64,000 nucleotides of DNA from Chlamydiales bacterium STE3 (GTDB taxonomy: Bacteria > Chlamydiota > Chlamydiia > Chlamydiales > Parachlamydiaceae): assembly GCA_011125455.1 (NCBI GenBank), contig VKHO01000025.1, forward strand, positions 138,724 through 202,723, written 5' to 3'. The notes under the pieces were generated by a model. It did no database searches. It saw nothing but the letters and a program-made list of their open reading frames with translations, and was not told the origin of the DNA. Of the stretch, positions 57,996 through 64,000 are shown piece by piece (the first letter of the stretch is position 1; each line of letters starts with the position of its first letter). A program made the position numbers and the translations under genes.

Positions 57996-58839
57996 ATCTT
58001 CCGATGGGCAATTGCTAGAAGCCTCCTTTCTCCCTGAACAGGGCATGAATATGGTGAGCTATAAAAAGGGGAATATCGAAGTGATCGACCAAAGTACGCG
58101 CGATCTTTTCGAAGAAAGGTTTTCAGGGCTTGGGCCATTAATTGGACCACATTTTCATAGACGCCACCCTCAGTCTCTTCCTGTAATTGAAAATGAAGCT
58201 CTGTTCCCGCACATTTCTCGAATTAAGGCTAAAGGAATTCAAGATCCCTTTTCACATGGTATTGCTCGCTATGCGCCATGGGTCTCAGAGGTAACGGAAA
58301 GTAGTATAAAAGGCACTCTTACAGGAAAAGATCTTTGGAATGGTGTCTCTCTAGCAGACTTAGAAGGCCAAAATTTCAAAATGACCTTTCAAGCAGAGTT
58401 GCTGCCTGAGGGTTTAAAAATGTACATTTCTATCGTAAGCGATACAAACTCTTTAGTGGGTTGTCATTATTTTTATCGCTTACCGCAAGGTGAGAACAAA
58501 GTGATCGCTCCCGTGAGGGATTTTTATATGGATAAAGAAGAAAAAAAAACCATTCCTCAAGAATGGTTGAATGAAGCCAAACAGTTGAATTTTCCTTTAG
58601 ACCAGAAAGCTGACTATACTTTTTTTTCTTTTCCCCAACCTTTAAGAAGTACGATAGTTTTAGCAACAAATGATTATCGCTTAACTACGACCTATGAATG
58701 TGATTCCCAGGAAAATTGTTGGCAGCTCTATCATCCAGAGGGCGCTTCATTTGTTTGCATTGAACCGATGAGTGCACAATTTCCCCGGCATCCTATTCTC
58801 AGTGTGAGTTCTTTGACAGTTTTATTAAGTATTGATTAA
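57976..58839 (+). CDS. Aldose 1-epimerase family protein (glucose-6-phosphate 1-epimerase-like)
   Basis: GPLIGPHFHRR...FSHGIARYAPW pattern resembles the YeaD/aldose-epimerase active-site region. Confidence 0.5.
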   Translation: MIVLKNRSSDGQLLEASFLPEQGMNMVSYKKGNIEVIDQSTRDLFEERFSGLGPLIGPHFHRRHPQSLPVIENEALFPHISRIKAKGIQDPFSHGIARYAPWVSEVTESSIKGTLTGKDLWNGVSLADLEGQNFKMTFQAELLPEGLKMYISIVSDTNSLVGCHYFYRLPQGENKVIAPVRDFYMDKEEKKTIPQEWLNEAKQLNFPLDQKADYTFFSFPQPLRSTIVLATNDYRLTTTYECDSQENCWQLYHPEGASFVCIEPMSAQFPRHPILSVSSLTVLLSID

Positions 58840-59605
58840 GGCTAAGATGTTTAAAACAAATTTCCCCCTCACTTATATGCATGTGGACCGCTTTAGAAGA
58901 GGCGCTCCTCATGAGGTTTTTTCCCAGAAGGGCTCTTTGAAGGGAAGAAGAGTATGTCGCCTTCTTTTTATAAAAAAAGCTCTTTTAAGTCCCCTTTCGC
59001 TTCCAGCTTTGACTCTCTACAGCGCACTTTTAACGGTCATCAAGTTGGCAGAATTGTCTGGAAAAACGTTTGCCTTAGTCCTTCCAAAAGAACAGAATGT
59101 ACAAAAGTTCATCCTTACAAGCAAAGGATTTACAGATCAACTTATGCTGACGGGATTAATGCCCATTAAAATTGTTGCTGAAATTACTCGCCTTGGCCTT
59201 TCCATGATTTTCGGCTCAAATATCTATTTCTCTCCCCTTGAAAAGCATCCTCCATCTATCCAAGTAGATTACTATAGCGATGCGGTAAAAAGCCAGCTTC
59301 AAAAGTTTTGGTCAAAAGGAAAAAACCGCAAAATTAATGCCGAAATCGTAGAAATCGAGCAGATTCACAGGCAAATTCTAGAGGAGCTTTTTGATGAAGA
59401 GGATAGGATTCGATTTTTAAAGCAGTTTAGAGTTGTTTTGAGAGATGTACGGAAGGCTTGTACGTTTCGCCTTGATTTGGATAAATTAAGGCAATTCTTT
59501 GTAGAATTTTGCCAAAAAGAAGGAATCCAAATGGAGTTGACAACTTTTCTGGCAAAGAAAGATGATGCTGATGATGACCCACAACCTAGTACTGAGCTAG
59601 ATTAA
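58832..59605 (+). CDS. Hypothetical membrane protein
   Basis: 257 aa, two hydrophobic segments, acidic C-terminus. Confidence 0.4.
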   Translation: MIKAKMFKTNFPLTYMHVDRFRRGAPHEVFSQKGSLKGRRVCRLLFIKKALLSPLSLPALTLYSALLTVIKLAELSGKTFALVLPKEQNVQKFILTSKGFTDQLMLTGLMPIKIVAEITRLGLSMIFGSNIYFSPLEKHPPSIQVDYYSDAVKSQLQKFWSKGKNRKINAEIVEIEQIHRQILEELFDEEDRIRFLKQFRVVLRDVRKACTFRLDLDKLRQFFVEFCQKEGIQMELTTFLAKKDDADDDPQPSTELD

Positions 59606-60004
59606 GACCTGTTTTGAATGGGAAAGGTAATCGTAAAAATCGGGTTCGCTTGTGATAAAAATATGATGGTGGTTAAGGCAAACCGGGATAATTGCATCGA
59701 TAATCTCCATGTTGCCGACACCAGGTGTGCAAATGGCCGAAATCTTGTCGATAAAAGGACTTTTTTCCAAAAGAATCAACCCTTGCATGTAGTCGGAAAG
59801 GCTAAAGCCTTCATCTTGAACTCTAAAAAAAATTAATGTGTGGCAATAATGAAGTGCTTGGATAGCAAAATAAAGGCCTTGACTATCGATAGGAGGATTT
59901 CCAAAGAAATCTTGTAATTCCTCTAAAGTTTTAATTTGGTACCCTTTGGTAAATTCACCGCGTTCTGCTTCCCCAAAAAGAGCGATAGAAGGGGAGTCGT
60001 TCAT
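59597..60004 (-). CDS. Hypothetical protein
   Basis: 135 aa ORF with an RBS-like upstream sequence. No motif recognised. Confidence 0.4.
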   Translation of the reverse strand: MNDSPSIALFGEAERGEFTKGYQIKTLEELQDFFGNPPIDSQGLYFAIQALHYCHTLIFFRVQDEGFSLSDYMQGLILLEKSPFIDKISAICTPGVGNMEIIDAIIPVCLNHHHIFITSEPDFYDYLSHSKQVLI

Positions 60005-60122
60005 GCGTTTCTCTCTTTTTATTTCTTATCTTCTTTAATTATAACATACACGGTTAAATCGAAATAGAGTTTGAATCTTAGAGGAGTAAGATAGTATAAT
60101 TCACTGATAATATAACTTTTTA

Positions 60123-60195
60123 GCCTAAATAGCTCAGTAGGTAGAGCAGCGCATTCGTAACGCGAAGGTCGTCGGTTCGATTCCGGCTTTGGGCA
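60123..60195 (+). tRNA. tRNA-Thr (anticodon CGU)
   Basis: GCCTAAATAGCTCAGTAGGTAGAGCAGCGCATTCGTAACGCGAAGGTCGTCGGTTCGATTCCGGCTTTGGGCA is near-identical in the D and T arms to canonical tRNA-Thr(CGU). The acceptor stem pairs. No CCA encoded. Confidence 0.85.
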
Positions 60196-60605
60196 ATCCC
60201 TTTCCAGTACCTGTGAGCATGATTCAGCTTGGATTCATCAACACTATCCAAGTTAAAGACGAAAAAAACTATTGGAACTTCCTACAAAGTGTGAATATTT
60301 ACGGAACCCTACCCCTGTTAATCGCTATTTTGCAACTCTCAGAAGAGCTTTTCGTTATGCCTTCAATGACCTTCGCTGAATTGAGGAGAATCCTTGTGGA
60401 AATTTCATAAAACTAAAAGCCAAACCTAAAACGTATCGAGCAGAAGAAGCTAACGAAATTAATATCTATCAATCTCCTGATTCCTCCAATTAAATCCCAC
60501 AGCACTCAATAGTTTTTTATCCTTTTGAACTGCTCAATAAGGGCTCGAACTGCTATTTGACTTATTTAAGTTTTTACGGCAAAATGATGATAGATAAGGA
60601 GGTGA

Positions 60606-60857
60606 ATGATGACCCAAAAGCAAAAACATGAAACGGTTCGTTTAACTGTTGATTTTCCTGTTGAGCAGCACACTTACATTAAAATGATGGCTGCTAAAGA
60701 AGGGATTAGCATGAGACAATTCATCATTGAGCATTTACCTGGGCCCCAATTAGAGAAAACTAAGAAAGGAACAGTCAAAAAAACAAAATTCGATGCATTG
60801 CTGGATGAGATTATGATTGAATACGCTGATGAGTTGAAGAGCTTATCAAAACGATGA
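60606..60857 (+). CDS. Ribbon-helix-helix antitoxin (Phd-like partner of Doc)
   Basis: TVRLTVDFPVEQHTYIKMMAAKEGISMRQFIIEHL RHH pattern. Stop/start overlap with doc (ATGATGG). Confidence 0.7.
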   Translation: MMTQKQKHETVRLTVDFPVEQHTYIKMMAAKEGISMRQFIIEHLPGPQLEKTKKGTVKKTKFDALLDEIMIEYADELKSLSKR

Positions 60858-61231
60858 TGGAATTCTTATCAGTTGAAGAAGTTATCGCTATGCACGAAGC
60901 ATTTTTGCAAGGATTTGGTGGTTTGCCAGGTATTCGAAACATTCATCTTCTGCTGTCTGCAGTAGAAATTCTTAAAAGTAAGATGTTTGGCCAAGATTTG
61001 TATCCGACTATTTATGACAAAGCTGCGGCTTATCCCTGACATATTGTTTGCAATCATCCATTCAATGATGGAAACAAGCGTGCAGGTTTTGGCTCTGCTC
61101 TGCTTTTCTTAAAAGCCAACTCTTTTCCCATAAGATTTAATAAGAAAAAATACGAAAACCTAGTTGTAGAAGTGGCAAAAGGCAAAGTCACTAAAGAAGA
61201 AATTGCCAGGTTCTTAGAACATGGTGAGTAA
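60854..61231 (+). pseudogene. doc: doc (death-on-curing, Fic/Doc family) toxin gene with an in-frame TGA
   Basis: MEFLSVEEVIAMHEAFLQGFGGLPG...AAAYP-TGA-HIVCNHPFNDGNKRAGFGSALLFLKAN. The Doc motif HxFx(D/N)GNKR is present. The TGA at 61037..61039 is in frame. Confidence 0.7.
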
Positions 61232-61432
61232 GCTTTTTAGGAAAAGTTGAAAAAATTTTTGATGGGGTGGTGAAGTAGGATGCTTGTCTCCCCAGGGGAC
61301 CACACCCCTCTTCCCCTATACAGCATATAATTTTCAAAAAGGAATCTCACGGTGCAAAAGCGGCCAGCGCGTGGCATATTGCACCATCAAAAACTGTCAG
61401 AATTCAGTTGCATTTTAGTTGTAACTGCCTTA

Positions 61433-61475
61433 ATTCGTGACGCGAAGGTCGTCGGTTCGATTCTAGCGTTGGGCA
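61433..61475 (+). repeat. Partial duplicate of the tRNA-Thr 3' half (att-site-like direct repeat)
   Basis: attcgtgacgcgaaggtcgtcggttcgattctagcgttgggca versus tRNA attcgtaacgcgaaggtcgtcggttcgattccggctttgggca. Confidence 0.75.
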
Positions 61476-61898
61476 TATCGATAACACTTCTGGACTGAAT
61501 GGCTTAGAAGGGGTTTCTTTTATGGATTCCTTTTAAAACTCATTTAAGGGGCAACGCGACATGCGGTATAGCCTTCGGCCCACTCTTATTCATTTAACCC
61601 TAGAAAGATAATATCGAAAGTGAGGATCGTAATACTCCCATTTTTTAGCTTGTCCAGTAGTAAAATCCTTGTTGAGGATCAGCAATTCCAAAAAATTTGT
61701 CTTGTTGCCTTATACAGAGAACCTAGCATTCTTGTAGGATTTACGTAAGAAACGTTAATTTCCATACAAATATTTTTAATCAATTTAAACAATCTCTCCA
61801 TATCGAAAAAATGTCCTTAATGCATTTATTCTCTTGATTTTGAGGGTAATAAAGGCTTATATTACTTTTTAGTTTGGGAAGTCATATTTTAATTTATT

Positions 61899-62459
61899 AT
61901 GAACCTGCAAAATTGGATTACAGGCGATTCGTTTTATTGGTTTTGTGCCCTCGCTGGCACTGGGCTGTTCGTTATTCAATTTTGCCTTAATTTGATGGGA
62001 TTAGATGACCAGGAAGATGTCGATGATAATGGTATAGATGATTCGAGAAAATTTAAATGGCTTTCTAGGCAAGCACTAACAGGCTTTTTAATGATGTTTG
62101 GTTGGAGTGCTCTTACTTGTCAAAAAGAATTCGATTTAGAGGGAGCGCCTAGGTTTGGCATTGCGCTTCTTTGTGGATTTATAGCTATCTTTGCCACCGC
62201 ATTTATTTTTAAAATAGCTAAGAGGCTTCATAGCAATGGGACTGTATTCAAAATAGAGGATGCAATAGGTCGAGAAGCTGTTGTTTATCAGCGTATCCCA
62301 CGAAATGGTATAGGAAAGGTTTCTGTCTGTGTTGAGAATTTCGTTAGAGAGATAGATGCTTGCGCAAATGACCGTAGGGAAGTCCCTTCATTTGTCAGAG
62401 TAAAAATAATTAATAAAGCTGATGATAAAACCGTTGTTGTCGAAATAATACAGGATTGA
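61899..62459 (+). CDS. NfeD-like membrane protein (flotillin partner, C-terminal OB-fold)
   Basis: TM helices followed by a beta-rich C-terminal domain. Immediately upstream of, and stop/start-adjacent to, the flotillin gene. Confidence 0.6.
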   Translation: MNLQNWITGDSFYWFCALAGTGLFVIQFCLNLMGLDDQEDVDDNGIDDSRKFKWLSRQALTGFLMMFGWSALTCQKEFDLEGAPRFGIALLCGFIAIFATAFIFKIAKRLHSNGTVFKIEDAIGREAVVYQRIPRNGIGKVSVCVENFVREIDACANDRREVPSFVRVKIINKADDKTVVVEIIQD

Positions 62460-63821
62460 ATGATGGAAAATGCCTATTTAGGAATCACAGTCATTGGATT
62501 TCTTTTTTTTCTTTTTTCTATAGTTTTTTTTCTAGCAAAACTCTATCGCAGATGTCCCTCAAACAAAGTGCTTGTTGTCTACGGTCGGGTGGGATTAAAT
62601 AAAACGGTCCAATGCTATCATGGCGGCGGTACATTTGTTTGGCCTCTGATCCAAGGCTGTGCTTTTTTAGATCTAACTCCACGAACGATTCATATTCCTC
62701 TTAAGGGAGCCCTTTCCCACCAAAATATCCGTGTTAATGTTCCTAGCACATTTACTGTAGCAATCGGTCTGACTTCTGAGATTATGAATAATGCTGCAGT
62801 TAGATTGTTGGAATTAGGCCATAAGGAAATCGAATCTATGGCGACTGAGATCATTATTGGCCAACTTAGGTTAACTGTTGCGTCGCTTAGGATCGAAGAA
62901 ATTAACCAAGATAGAGAAATGTTTCTTGAGGCGATAAAAAAGAATATTGAACCCGAATTACACAAGATTGGTCTTACCCTCCTTAATGTTAATATTACCG
63001 ATATCACGGATGAGTCCGAATATATTGAAAGTATTGGAAAGAAAGCCTCATCTATGGCGGTCAATCAAGCGAAGGTAGATGTTGCGGAGCAAGAGAAGCA
63101 AGGGGATATTGGGAAAGCTTTAGCCGAAAAAGATCGGCGCGTATCTGTTGCTTCTTACAATGCAGAGGCTGTGAAAGGTGAAAATGATTCCAAGGCTCAC
63201 ATTGCCCTAACTAACGCCATGTTAGCTGAAAAAGAAGCAGAAGCCTCTCGGCGGAGTCAGGTGGCTAAACAAAATGCTGAGGCTGAAATTCAAAAAGCCC
63301 GCGCTCAAGCACAAGCTCAACTTTTAGAGGCTGAACAAATAGTTCCTCAGGAAATTAATAAACGGAAAGTACAGATTGAAGCAGAAGCTGAGGCCCAAAA
63401 GAAAAAATTGATTGCCCAAGGTGAAGCTCAAGCCATTCTTGCAATTAGACAAGCAGAAGCAGAAGGTATTCAAAAATTGCTTGATGCAAAGGCAAAAGGT
63501 TATAAGCAGCTTGTTGAAGCATGCGGAAACGATGCCAAAAGTGCATCTACTATGCTGTTAATCGAAAAACTTGAAGAGATCATTCGCCTGCAAACAGAAG
63601 CAATAAAGAATATAAAAATTGATAAGATTACTGTGTGGGATAGCGCAAGCTCCGACAAAGGTTCTTCCACCTCTAACTTTATAAGTCAATTTGCTAAATC
63701 CTTGCCTCCTTTGCATGATATTGCATCATTAGCTGGGCTTGAATTGCCTCAGTATTTAGGAAAGATATCTCCTGATGCCGTAAAATTAGAGCACGAGATT
63801 AATGAGAAAAGCCATAAGTAA
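62460..63821 (+). CDS. Flotillin-like SPFH/band-7 protein (YqiK/FloT-like)
   Basis: N-terminal TM, SPFH domain, then a long Ala/Glu/Gln-rich coiled coil (AEAEIQKARAQAQAQLLEAEQ...). Confidence 0.8.
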   Translation: MMENAYLGITVIGFLFFLFSIVFFLAKLYRRCPSNKVLVVYGRVGLNKTVQCYHGGGTFVWPLIQGCAFLDLTPRTIHIPLKGALSHQNIRVNVPSTFTVAIGLTSEIMNNAAVRLLELGHKEIESMATEIIIGQLRLTVASLRIEEINQDREMFLEAIKKNIEPELHKIGLTLLNVNITDITDESEYIESIGKKASSMAVNQAKVDVAEQEKQGDIGKALAEKDRRVSVASYNAEAVKGENDSKAHIALTNAMLAEKEAEASRRSQVAKQNAEAEIQKARAQAQAQLLEAEQIVPQEINKRKVQIEAEAEAQKKKLIAQGEAQAILAIRQAEAEGIQKLLDAKAKGYKQLVEACGNDAKSASTMLLIEKLEEIIRLQTEAIKNIKIDKITVWDSASSDKGSSTSNFISQFAKSLPPLHDIASLAGLELPQYLGKISPDAVKLEHEINEKSHK

Positions 63822-64000
63822 GCTTTGTTCCCCCCGATGATGTTGCCGTCATTATTTTTACCTATTAATAGCGTTTCTTTCGCAGTATTTACCATAGCAA
63901 TAAGTTTTTTAACAGGGGATTTTAATTAGAAAGATTTGATAAAAAATTTCATAATAACCTCTGTTAAATAACTTTCATCCCAGCCAGCTTTTTTACGCCT

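Noticed and set aside
60189-60410. 73 aa ORF starting inside tRNA-Thr
   Set aside because: Its start overlaps the tRNA 3' end and no RBS is present. It is likely non-coding, though it lies within the putative integrated remnant.
1-64000. CRISPR arrays and rRNA operons
   Set aside because: No regularly spaced short direct repeats and no rRNA-like conserved blocks were found.

Overview
This 64 kb window is a bacterial chromosome segment with moderate AT-richness and high coding density. Many gene pairs overlap at the stop/start codon, and several genes use a TTG start. Most of the gene content is housekeeping: a complete tolQ-tolR-tolA-like-tolB-(insert)-pal cluster, murI, metK, nrdB-nrdA preceded by NrdR-box-like palindromes, dsbD, tatD, rsmD, rpsT, an RluA-family pseudouridine synthase, a MacAB/TolC-like tripartite ABC exporter and an NfeD-flotillin pair. 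Many eukaryote-like or secreted hypothetical proteins are also present. Taken together this fits an intracellular or amoeba-associated bacterium such as an environmental Chlamydiae-type organism; that taxonomic call is inference only.

The notable accessory content is:
- A RiPP-type cluster at the left edge (1..1623): a DUF692 multinuclear non-haem iron oxidase (MNIO) enzyme gene, cut by the window boundary, is immediately preceded by two small Sec-signal-peptide Cys-motif genes that look like bufferin/oxazolin-type precursors.
- A complete classical protein tyrosine phosphatase, with an HCAAGIGRTG active site, coupled to dsbD-tatD.
- A visibly more AT-rich glycosylation island (about 25.4-34.3 kb) with eukaryote-like GT92, GT32 and GT28/MGDG-synthase-like enzymes, a secreted methyltransferase, a cytidylyltransferase fused to an APH/choline-kinase-like kinase, and a protein with a perfect IQ motif.
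- An accessory island next to tRNA-Ser(GGA) (about 44.4-53.7 kb) holding a HepT/MNT toxin-antitoxin pair, a Fic pseudogene, an intact class II Fic gene bracketed by about 240 bp direct repeats, and a frameshifted TPR/J-domain gene.
- A tRNA-Thr(CGU) whose 3' half is duplicated about 1.3 kb downstream. The copies bracket a phd-doc module in which doc carries an in-frame TGA.

No rRNA genes or CRISPR arrays were seen.
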